Source of the DNA: Bacillota bacterium
Lineage (GTDB): Bacteria > Bacillota > Dethiobacteria > DTU022
Length of the DNA: 64,000 bases
NCBI GenBank assembly: GCA_011389985.1
Contig: JAABTH010000004.1
Span: 65,846 to 129,845, forward strand
Reading direction: 5' to 3'
Shown here: one piece after another, positions 48,453 to 56,844 of the stretch
Position numbering within the stretch: the first letter of the stretch is position 1
Layout of the letters: each line of letters begins with the position of its first letter
Position numbers and translations under genes: made by a program
Notes under the pieces: generated by a model
What the model was told of the DNA's origin: nothing
The model's input: only the letters and a program-made list of their open reading frames with translations
Databases searched by the model: none

Positions 48453-51400
48453 TACTCAATTCCTCCTGTATCATTGGCGATAAAATCTCCAAGGTGAACT
48501 TCAGCGACAAGCGGCCGGTGAGTCGGCATGGTCAGCTCAGATAAAGGAATACCTTCTTCTCTGTATATACGTAAAATTAAATCGGTACATGTTTTTCCGT
48601 TGCAGCCGCCCAGGCCGGTTCTTAGAAGCGCTTTCAACTGGTTTAGATCACGTACTCCATCCCGGATTGCCCTGACTATTTCACTTTTCCTGACTCGTTC
48701 GCAGCGGCAAACAATTGGATCGGCCTCTTCTGTAAGCGAGCCTTCAAGCGGCTGTCCCGGATCTATTTCCCTTATGTGGAATCCTGCTACCTTCAGTCTT
48801 TGATCGTAGGGAACTTCGAGCATGAGCAGGCGCCTGCTGTTTTGCTCTTTATGGTCTTTATAGGCGATAACCCTTCCCCTGCCTACAATATTGCCCTCCA
48901 TGTCTGTTGTGGTTACTTCCTGCCCGATTGGGATCAGGTTATTGATAAATTCAAAAGGCATCATTAGAAGTGCTTTCTCTTTTTTAGGATCGTAATCATC
49001 AAGGACAAGATTTATAGCCAAACCCGGACAGGCGAGCACACATCGGCCGCAACCAATGCATTCACCACTAAATTCCGGGAGCGATAATATGGAATCATTC
49101 ATGCTGATGCAATTCTTTGGACATGCTTCTGTGCAGGGGTTACAGGGGATTTCCTGCATGCAGCGAATTAATGGGTAAACATTATCTTCCCTATCTTCCG
49201 GAATAAAGGGGTCACTGCTAGCGGCATGCTGCTTTAGGGTTTCACCAAATTCTTCCCAGTCGCTGGGGACAGGAAGGTCAATACCCATCGACTGAGCGAT
49301 TTTGCGGCCTGTTATTTTTCCGGAAAAAATGGCAGCAGATGCTTCAGCAATCTCATTGGCGTCTCCGGCTGCGTATGCTTCTATTCCGTACTCTTTCGCT
49401 TTTTCCAAAAGTTCGTTAACCGGGCTTAAACCGACGGCAATTAAAACAGTATCAACTTCAAAAGATCTCTCGGTACCGGGAATAGTTTTAAAATTCTCAT
49501 CCAGGGCAGCGGTAATTACCCGTTCAACTTTCTCTTCTCCCTCAATCCGCAGGACTGTATGTGATGTCCAGACAGGCACCCCAAAGCGCCTGATCTTGTC
49601 CTCATGAACCTTGTAACCGCCACAGCGCGGCAGTGCTTCAACAAGTCCAACTACATCGATTCCGGCTTGCAGGGCATGATAAGCTCCGATTAAACCTACA
49701 TTACCTCCACCAACGATAAAGAGTTTTTCAGCACAACGGATTAGATCGCGGTTAACAAGGGTCTGAAAGGCTCCGGCGCCGTAAACTCCCGGCAAATCAG
49801 CACCGGGCAAGGCCAGGCTTTTTTCTCTTGCTCCGGTTGCAAATAAAACTTTATTTGCATTAACCAGGCGGTAGATACCGTTTGAGGAAACGCCAATTTT
49901 TCCGTCACTGAATACACCGATAACGCTTGAATTGAGCCAGGTATTAACAGTGGGTAGTTTTTGAAGGTCTCCGACCAGAATTTCGCCTATATGCATACCG
50001 CGGGAACCGGCGTAACAGTCAGAGACTGAACCAAAAAAATTATGGGTCTGCAGACTCAGTTTACCACCAAGCGATTGTTTGTCGTCTATTAACAAGGTAT
50101 CGACGCCCACGTTGCCGAGCTCTATTGCAGCACTTATTCCAGCAGGTCCTCCTCCTATAATTAGTACCTCTGCATTATATACAGGTGTTTCCGGAATGAC
50201 AGTTTCACTTGGCGGTATGTCCAAAAGTTCAGGCAGTCCTTCTACACTTTTTACAACCATTCCCTCTGTTACAGGGGTCATACAGCCTTTTACCGGTTTT
50301 CCGTCAGCAATAACCATGCATTGAGAGCACTGGCCGTTAACACAGTAAATGCCCTGAGCGGCGCCGTCATTTTCATGATGGCCGAAAATATGAATACCTG
50401 CAGCATATAAAGCAGATGTGATCACTTCATTTGTGCGTGCTTTTAATTCAAAATTATTGAAAGTAAAACTAATATCAGCCTTCTCCACGGGAGGTAAGAT
50501 GGGGTGATTGTTAATCCGGTAGAGATCCGGCATTTTTATAGTTTCAGCTTCAGTAATAGCTAAGTTTTCCCGATTGAACAATAGAGGTTTTGGTGATCTT
50601 GTTTTTTGCCAGGCTCCTTTGCGCATTAAAAGAGTATATTGAAGATATTCATTTACCGAAGCACAAGTTTTGGGTTGGCTCTCTTTTAACAGTTCTTCAA
50701 CCATTTTTGTGCGGCTCTGTTGATCAAGTGCAAAATGAAAATTTTCATCACCCGGCTGAGTACGACCGGCGAGCTTATTAATAGTTATTATTTCTCGGCC
50801 TGATTTTAAATCATTAATTTCTGCCAAACTGCTAACCGGGCGGACCGTAAGATTCTTCTCTTTAATTATTTTAAGGGCCGATTTAACTACAGAAACTACA
50901 GCAGATTCACCGGTAAGCATTTTGAAGAGCAGGTGAAGTTCTGGTAGATTGCCGAGGTATAGGAGATCGGTAATTTCAGCATTTTCAGTTTTAAAAAGTG
51001 AGGCCAGATCAGCCGGAAGCGCCGGTTTTGTCTCTGGTTGCATTTTAAACCAGTTAATAATATCAAGCGCCCGATCCATGCCGCTCTTATTTCCATTATC
51101 AGGGTCATAAACTGCTGATAAAACTGCCAAGTCACTTTGTTGTTTATATTCAGTCCAGGTATTATGAGGGCCTTCAGGACCTGGTTTGGGTGTCAACAGG
51201 GCTGTTATATTATGATTCAAGCCTAAATAGTCAAGCACACCCTGAACAGTTTTAACACGCTCTTCCCCGAGATCACCACCTTCTTTATAGGGGCAAGTCT
51301 GTCTGTCTCTGCACATCAGGCCTATCTTCCTTGCTCCCCGGGCCAGGCAGTAAAGAATTGTCGCAATATCAACACTGCCGATGCAGCTGACTCTGATCAG

Positions 51401-52336
51401 TTCGCTGTTACCAGCCGGAAAAGGAGAGCGTGAACAGGCAAATATTATATCTTTGTCCTGAAGGTTTTTATCAAGCAGAGTGTTTTTAAGATCAGATAGA
51501 TCTTCTGTTAATTCCTGGCTTATAGCCCCTGTGGGACATGCCCCGGCGCAAATACCGCAGCCCAGGCAGGCAGTTGGAGAGATAAATGCTATCGCTTCAG
51601 AGCCGAGTTGAATTGATGTTCTTGGTACTGAAAAGGGGCAGACTTCCTCGCATATCCCGCATCCGCGGCAAAGATCGCTGTTGACTTCACAAACAGGTAT
51701 TTGAAACTCTCGATTCCAGATAGTGAGTGTCTGGTTTTTCTGTTCCATGGGAATAGCCCCCGTGGGACAGATATAAGCACAGGCACGGCAGCCGGTACAC
51801 TCATCACCTACTCCATCAGGGTTTGGTGCTACAAGCTTATCAATCCCTCGCCCCAGGGTTGAAATAGCTCCAGGCCCGCAATCCTGGCATACCCTGATGC
51901 ATAAACCGCACAACACGCATTTATTATCTGGTTTTCCAACAATGTAAGAAGTTGTATCAATACCCTCTAAGCGGGCCATTGATTTGATTTCATCTGAGCC
52001 GGGGCACTGGGCCATGTACAGCTCCAGCAGCGCCTGTCGTGTTTTAAGGACATCTTCTGTTCTTGTATTTACAATTAGTCCGTCTTCAGCAGGATAGAGG
52101 CAGGATGTTACAATTTTTGAAGATTTATTCCAACTTTCTTTGGTGATCTCAACTACACAAAGACGGCAGGCGCCGGATGGTGCGAGTGCAGGATGATGGC
52201 ATAATGTTGGTATGTTGAGCCCAATATCCTCTAATATACCGAGCAGCATCTTTTTATTTTCGGTTTCTACCTTGCGTCCGTCAACTGTGATTATTATTTT
52301 CTTGCTCATCAATTTATGTTCACCTGTTTCTTTCAA
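48452..52336 (-). CDS. 1294-aa multi-domain Fe-S flavoprotein: NuoG/HydA-N-terminal-like [2Fe-2S] + 2x 2[4Fe-4S] + MvhD-like + HcnA/SoxA-type [2Fe-2S] + FAD/NAD(P) pyridine-nucleotide-disulfide oxidoreductase (HcnB/SoxA/HdrA-like) + ferredoxin + BFD-like [2Fe-2S]
   Basis: motifs in order: ITVDGRKVE..CHHP..GACRLCVVEI; four CxxCxxCxxxCP; IRVSCIGSVD..CRDRQTCPY; GIYCVNGQCSQCMV; IIGGGPAGISAA and IVGGGNVGLIGA; CIGCGRCVLACP; CRCERV..GGCNGKTC. Confidence 0.8.
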   Translation of the reverse strand: MKETGEHKLMSKKIIITVDGRKVETENKKMLLGILEDIGLNIPTLCHHPALAPSGACRLCVVEITKESWNKSSKIVTSCLYPAEDGLIVNTRTEDVLKTRQALLELYMAQCPGSDEIKSMARLEGIDTTSYIVGKPDNKCVLCGLCIRVCQDCGPGAISTLGRGIDKLVAPNPDGVGDECTGCRACAYICPTGAIPMEQKNQTLTIWNREFQIPVCEVNSDLCRGCGICEEVCPFSVPRTSIQLGSEAIAFISPTACLGCGICAGACPTGAISQELTEDLSDLKNTLLDKNLQDKDIIFACSRSPFPAGNSELIRVSCIGSVDIATILYCLARGARKIGLMCRDRQTCPYKEGGDLGEERVKTVQGVLDYLGLNHNITALLTPKPGPEGPHNTWTEYKQQSDLAVLSAVYDPDNGNKSGMDRALDIINWFKMQPETKPALPADLASLFKTENAEITDLLYLGNLPELHLLFKMLTGESAVVSVVKSALKIIKEKNLTVRPVSSLAEINDLKSGREIITINKLAGRTQPGDENFHFALDQQSRTKMVEELLKESQPKTCASVNEYLQYTLLMRKGAWQKTRSPKPLLFNRENLAITEAETIKMPDLYRINNHPILPPVEKADISFTFNNFELKARTNEVITSALYAAGIHIFGHHENDGAAQGIYCVNGQCSQCMVIADGKPVKGCMTPVTEGMVVKSVEGLPELLDIPPSETVIPETPVYNAEVLIIGGGPAGISAAIELGNVGVDTLLIDDKQSLGGKLSLQTHNFFGSVSDCYAGSRGMHIGEILVGDLQKLPTVNTWLNSSVIGVFSDGKIGVSSNGIYRLVNANKVLFATGAREKSLALPGADLPGVYGAGAFQTLVNRDLIRCAEKLFIVGGGNVGLIGAYHALQAGIDVVGLVEALPRCGGYKVHEDKIRRFGVPVWTSHTVLRIEGEEKVERVITAALDENFKTIPGTERSFEVDTVLIAVGLSPVNELLEKAKEYGIEAYAAGDANEIAEASAAIFSGKITGRKIAQSMGIDLPVPSDWEEFGETLKQHAASSDPFIPEDREDNVYPLIRCMQEIPCNPCTEACPKNCISMNDSILSLPEFSGECIGCGRCVLACPGLAINLVLDDYDPKKEKALLMMPFEFINNLIPIGQEVTTTDMEGNIVGRGRVIAYKDHKEQNSRRLLMLEVPYDQRLKVAGFHIREIDPGQPLEGSLTEEADPIVCRCERVRKSEIVRAIRDGVRDLNQLKALLRTGLGGCNGKTCTDLILRIYREEGIPLSELTMPTHRPLVAEVHLGDFIANDTGGIE

Positions 52337-54741
52337 CTTTCAACTTCGATAGCATCAAAATTGCAGGTTACGCGGCAGAGACCACAGCGGTTACAGAGAT
52401 CCTGGTTAATAATGTGCAGCTCTTTCTTATTACCGCTGATTGCCTTTTGCGGGCATAACCTGGCGCATCGTCGACAGCCGGTACAGCTAGCGGTGATTTT
52501 GAAGCTAATTAATTCTCTGCACACTCCGGCAGGGCATCTTTTATCATCAATATGGGCCATATATTCATTTTTAAAGTGTTTCAAAGTACTCCGCACTGGA
52601 TTGGAAGCAGATTTACCCAGGCCGCATAAAGAGCCCTGTTCAAGAAGGTCAAGAAGCTTCTCTATTCTCTCAATATCGCCGGGTACTCCTTTGCCCCGGC
52701 ATATTTTATCAAGTATATCATGAAGATTTGCCAGTCCGAGTCTGCAGGCAGCACATTTTCCACATGATTCCTGGGCAAGAAAATCTGTAAAATAACGTGC
52801 TACGTCAACCATGCAGGTATCTTCATCCATAACAATCATACCGCCGGAGCCCATCATCGAGCCTTCTAACGTGAGCGTATCAAAATCGACCGGTAGATCG
52901 AGTTTGCTCTCAGGCAAACAGCCTCCGGAAGGGCCACCGGTCTGAACTGCCTTAAAGGGTTTATTGTTCAATATACCACCGCATATATCATAGATAATTT
53001 TGCGCATGGTTATGCCCATCGGCACTTCAACCAGTCCGGTATTTTTGACCTTGCCCACTACAGAGAATACTTTAGTACCCGGACTGGTCACGGTTCCGGT
53101 GTTTGCATACCAGGCTGCTCCTTTATTTATGATAACCGGTATATTGGTAAAAGTTTCAACGTTGTTTAAAACGGTCGGTTTATTATAAAGGCCCCTTACT
53201 GCCGATCTGATATATTTTGCCCGTGGCTCTCCTACTCTGCCTTCAATCGATTGCATCAGCGCAGTAGATTCACCACAGACAAAAGCACCAGTACCCCGGT
53301 TGATTGTAACATCAAATGAAAAGTCTGTGCCGCAAATATTATTCCCCAGAATGCTGGCTTGTCTGCATTGATCAATCGCTGCCTGCAGGTGTTTTAATGC
53401 ACGGGGATATTCTTCGCGGACATAAATATAACCTTCTGATGCCCCAACTGCAAAAGCGCAGATGATCATTCCTTCCAATACCGAATACGGATCACCTTCC
53501 ATGATGCTGCGATCCATAAAAGCACCGGGATCTCCTTCGTCACCATTGCAAATGACATAGCGAATATCTGAATCAACTGAGGCGCTTGTACGCCATTTTT
53601 TCCCGGTCGGAAAGCCTCCTCCTCCCCTTCCTCGCAATCCTGACTTTTCAATTTCACGAATCACCTGGTCAGGTTGCATTGTATAAAGGGTTTTTATGAG
53701 GGCTTTAAAACCATCTTGTGCAAGATAGTCTTTGATATTAAGAGGATCGATAGCACCCACATTGCGCAGTGCGATACGCTGTTGTCCGGCAAAAAATGGT
53801 ATCTCCTCGTACTTTTCCACACTTTCAGCAGTTTCTGGATCATGGTACAGAAGTCTTTCTACGGCCTTGTTACCGATTATCGTTTCATCGATTATTTCCC
53901 TGGCATCTTCAGGATGGACATTATTATAAAAGATGTTCTGTGGTGAAATAATTACCAGGGGGCCTTTTTCACAGAAACCCTGGCAACCTACTCGTTTCAG
54001 ACCGATATTAACCGGTACCGGCAGCTCAGAAGAAGTTAGTTCCCGGCTGATCGCTTCGGCAACCTTAAGGCTGCCCTTGGCAAGGCAACCGGTTCCCGCA
54101 CAGACCAGGATCTTTTGTTTATCTGCTTTTTTTTCACTGGTTATTTGATTACTTAGTTTCTCAAATTGACTGGAGGATGAGATTCTTTCAACAAGAATCG
54201 GAGTAGTTTCTTTTAATGTTTCAGGTTCTGCCTGTTTTGTTTCTGAAGAGCGACACTTCTTAAGTTCTTTGGCCAGTTGAGAAGAAGTAACGCTGCCATG
54301 GTACACTCCATCAATTACTACTACAGGAGCCATAGCGCATGCACCAACACAGTGCACAGAATTAAGCGTCAATTCACCATCTTCTGTAGTGTCACCCGGT
54401 TTAATCCCAAGCTGATCCGATACCTGACTCATTAAAACTGAAGCGCCCCTGATGTGGCAGGCGGTGCCTTCACAAATGTCTATTTTGTGCTTACCGCTTG
54501 GTTTTAAAGAAAATGACTTATAAAAAGTTGCAACTGAATATACCTGTGATTTTGGAACCTTGAGAATTTCAGACACTCTGGAAACAGCTTCTGTCGGTAG
54601 GTATCCGAACTCAGCCTGGATATCCTGTAAAATCATTATTAATCCGGAGGCTTCGCTATTGTGGCGTTCAATAATAGAATCGAGCAGATTAGATTGGTTG
54701 CTCATTACCAGTCCTTCGTTTGATTTAGTTTTTATGACCAT
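52333..54741 (-). CDS. fused NuoE-like + thioredoxin-like FeS + NuoF (FMN/NADH) + 2[4Fe-4S] ferredoxin protein (HydB/HndC-type NAD(H)-binding bifurcation-module subunit)
   Basis: 802 aa; CEGTACH..CVGACAMAP; CAGTGC..CQGFCEKGP; GRGGGGFPTGKKW; ESCGKCAACR; CTGCRRCARLCP and CNRCGLCRVTC; 4-nt overlap with the downstream 1294-aa gene; the real start may be Met13 (near 54705), which has a better SD. Confidence 0.8.
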   Translation of the reverse strand: MVIKTKSNEGLVMSNQSNLLDSIIERHNSEASGLIMILQDIQAEFGYLPTEAVSRVSEILKVPKSQVYSVATFYKSFSLKPSGKHKIDICEGTACHIRGASVLMSQVSDQLGIKPGDTTEDGELTLNSVHCVGACAMAPVVVIDGVYHGSVTSSQLAKELKKCRSSETKQAEPETLKETTPILVERISSSSQFEKLSNQITSEKKADKQKILVCAGTGCLAKGSLKVAEAISRELTSSELPVPVNIGLKRVGCQGFCEKGPLVIISPQNIFYNNVHPEDAREIIDETIIGNKAVERLLYHDPETAESVEKYEEIPFFAGQQRIALRNVGAIDPLNIKDYLAQDGFKALIKTLYTMQPDQVIREIEKSGLRGRGGGGFPTGKKWRTSASVDSDIRYVICNGDEGDPGAFMDRSIMEGDPYSVLEGMIICAFAVGASEGYIYVREEYPRALKHLQAAIDQCRQASILGNNICGTDFSFDVTINRGTGAFVCGESTALMQSIEGRVGEPRAKYIRSAVRGLYNKPTVLNNVETFTNIPVIINKGAAWYANTGTVTSPGTKVFSVVGKVKNTGLVEVPMGITMRKIIYDICGGILNNKPFKAVQTGGPSGGCLPESKLDLPVDFDTLTLEGSMMGSGGMIVMDEDTCMVDVARYFTDFLAQESCGKCAACRLGLANLHDILDKICRGKGVPGDIERIEKLLDLLEQGSLCGLGKSASNPVRSTLKHFKNEYMAHIDDKRCPAGVCRELISFKITASCTGCRRCARLCPQKAISGNKKELHIINQDLCNRCGLCRVTCNFDAIEVES

Positions 54742-54795
54742 ACTGGATCTAATTGGCTGGAATAACCGGAACTAATATTATTATAACTACAATAA

Positions 54796-54825
54796 AAATT
54801 ATATCATTGAGCATTTATAAGTGTC
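54796..54825 (-). promoter_or_regulatory. proximal promoter (minus strand TTGACA-N18-TATAAT) for the NuoEF-like operon
   Basis: consensus hexamers about 55-85 nt upstream of the 52333..54741 start. Confidence 0.5.
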
Positions 54826-55214
54826 AATTAACAAAACATGAGAGAAAAAATCTAAGTATGGCATACAGAATAAAATAAAAAATGTTTAACTTCTCTTAAA
54901 AAAGTACATAATAAAACCAGGTCCCAACAGGCCTCTTAACTAACCGTCAGATCTTCTTCGCTTGCCCATCTACAGCTGAGCTTCCGCCACCGCCTTTGGA
55001 TGGCCTTCCCTCAACCTCCAGGAAGTTACTTTTAATCCGTTCTGAGAACTCCGGTAAATCCCGGCCTGGCGGCCTTTCATTATCCGGTTCTTTCAGTGAC
55101 CTGGTTATTTTAAGGATTCCCATTGTTGATTTCGGTTAAACCTTAATCAATTCAGGCTTTTCCTTTCAAACCCGGCCCGGCTTGCTATTCAGTCTCTCGG
55201 AACCTGGTAAATGT

Positions 55215-55243
55215 ATTATTGATCAAGTAATTTGATTTGTCAA
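55215..55243 (-). promoter_or_regulatory. distal promoter (minus strand TTGACA-N17-AATAAT) preceding a GC-rich ~300-nt structured segment
   Basis: consensus -35, 17-nt spacer, 5 of 6 -10 positions; 23 nt downstream of the rocD stop. Confidence 0.4.
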
Positions 55244-55265
55244 TACCTTTTTTATATTTAATTTT

Positions 55266-56462
55266 TTAAGACTGAGCAAATACCTGGGAGACAATATCTA
55301 TTGCCCAGTCGAGCTCATTTTTCGTTATTACAAGTGGGGGCGCGAACCTTATGACGTTATCATGTGTTTCTTTAGCCAGAATTCCCTTATCCATTAGTTT
55401 TTCACAATAAGGTCGGGCTTTTTCTTTTAATTCCATACCCACCATTAAACCCTTGCCCCTGATTTCTAAGATTACAGGATTATCAATATTCTTAAGTTTT
55501 TCCATAAAGTATCTACCAAGCTCATCTGATTTTTCAACCAGTTTTTCTTCCTCAAGAACATCGAGCGCGGTAAGTGAAACTGCACAGGCAAGTGGATTTC
55601 CGCCAAATGTAGATCCATGCGAACCGGGCTCGAATACTCCAAGAATTTCTTCTGAAGCTGTTACTGCTGAGATAGGATATACTCCGCCGCCAAGCGCTTT
55701 GCCAAGAATATAGACATCAGGTTTAACATTTTCCCAATCGCAGGCAAACATTTTTCCGGTACGTCCGAACCCGGTTTGAATTTCATCTGCCATAAAGATG
55801 ACATTGTTTTCTTTGCAAAGTTTGTAAGCTTCATTTAAGAAACCTTCGGGCGGGATAATAATTCCTCCTTCACCCTGCACAGGTTCGATTAAGAGGGCAG
55901 CGGTGTTTTCATTAATAGCCTCTCTAAGGGCATCTATGCTGCCGTACTCTATTATTTTGAATCCTGGTGTGTAGGGGCCAAAACCTGCTTTATAGGCTTC
56001 ATCGGAGCTGAATGAAATAATAGTAACAGTTCTACCGTGAAAGTTACCTTTGCAGGCAATAATTTCTGCCTTATTTTCAGGTATATTTTTAACTTTGTAT
56101 GCCCAGCGGCGTACAGCTTTAATTGCGGTTTCAACTGCCTCTGCTCCGGTATTCATCGGCAGAACCATCTCTTTGCCTGTTAATTCTGCCAGGCGGTGGC
56201 AGAATTCACCAAGCTGATCGTTATGAAAAGCCCTGGATGTAAGAGTTATTTTATCTGCCTGCGCTTTTAATGCGTCAATTATTTTTGGATGACAGTGTCC
56301 GAAATTCATTGCTGAATAAGCGCTAAGCATATCCATGTAACGTTTTCCTTCAGGATCGGTTACCCAGACACCCTCTCCTTTGGCCAGGACAACTGGCAGT
56401 GGAAGGTAGTTCCTTGCTCCATACTTTTCATTCAGCTTCATAACCTCTTTTGTGGTTTGCAT
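55266..56462 (-). CDS. rocD: ornithine--oxo-acid aminotransferase (class III PLP aminotransferase); the ORF track extends to a TTG at 56480
   Basis: about 398 aa; class-III aminotransferase motifs; ATG at 56462 has SD AAAGAGGTG at 7-nt spacing. Confidence 0.8.
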   Translation of the reverse strand: MQTTKEVMKLNEKYGARNYLPLPVVLAKGEGVWVTDPEGKRYMDMLSAYSAMNFGHCHPKIIDALKAQADKITLTSRAFHNDQLGEFCHRLAELTGKEMVLPMNTGAEAVETAIKAVRRWAYKVKNIPENKAEIIACKGNFHGRTVTIISFSSDEAYKAGFGPYTPGFKIIEYGSIDALREAINENTAALLIEPVQGEGGIIIPPEGFLNEAYKLCKENNVIFMADEIQTGFGRTGKMFACDWENVKPDVYILGKALGGGVYPISAVTASEEILGVFEPGSHGSTFGGNPLACAVSLTALDVLEEEKLVEKSDELGRYFMEKLKNIDNPVILEIRGKGLMVGMELKEKARPYCEKLMDKGILAKETHDNVIRFAPPLVITKNELDWAIDIVSQVFAQS

Positions 56463-56647
56463 ACATAACACCTCTTTCAATGATGATTAACCTGTTTTAT
56501 AATTGATCCGGTAAGGCCTGGACATAAAAATATCCCGTGTTTATAGCGGGATACGCGTTTTATTCTCAGCGTAATCTGTAATTTCCAGCGGGTCATCACT
56601 TTCGAGTTCATTCATAAGTGCCTTTGCCGGCATTAGATAAACTCCTT

Positions 56648-56700
56648 CCCAAAAAACACATTGAAACAAGATGCTGCATTTATATTGCAGCATCTTGTTT
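56648..56700 (-). terminator. intrinsic terminator after tRNA-Trp
   Basis: minus strand reads AAACAAGATGCTGCA-ATATAAA-TGCAGCATCTTGTTT followed by CAATGTGTTTTTT. Confidence 0.55.
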
Positions 56701-56708
56701 GATATCCT

Positions 56709-56784
56709 TGGCAGGGGAGACAGGACTTGAACCCGCAGCCTGCGGTTTTGGAGACCGCTGCTCTGCCAGTTGAGCTACTCCCCT
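56709..56784 (-). tRNA. tRNA-Trp (anticodon CCA)
   Basis: minus strand reads AGGGGAGTAGCTCAACTGGCAGAGCAGCGGTCTCCAAAACCGC...TCTCCCCTGCCA; near-identical architecture to bacterial tRNA-Trp; anticodon loop CTCCAAA. Confidence 0.85.
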
Positions 56785-56844
56785 TTGCCAAAATTATTGT
56801 ATTCGATTTATTCATTCCTGTCAACGCTTAAGCGGGTAATTATC

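Noticed and set aside
54930-55200. Possible cobalamin riboswitch or SRP RNA in the GC-rich leader
   Set aside because: Only partial, scattered resemblance (GUCACUG versus GCCACUG; ACCAGGUCA). It lacks the GGAAGGAAGCAGCC SRP core and a convincing B12 box, and the downstream genes have no B12 link. It is kept as an unknown structured element in the findings.
56633-56824. 63-aa minus-strand ORF from the six-frame track
   Set aside because: It lies directly over the tRNA-Trp gene and its terminator, so it is not a real CDS. The real small ORF in this region starts at 56633 and runs downward.
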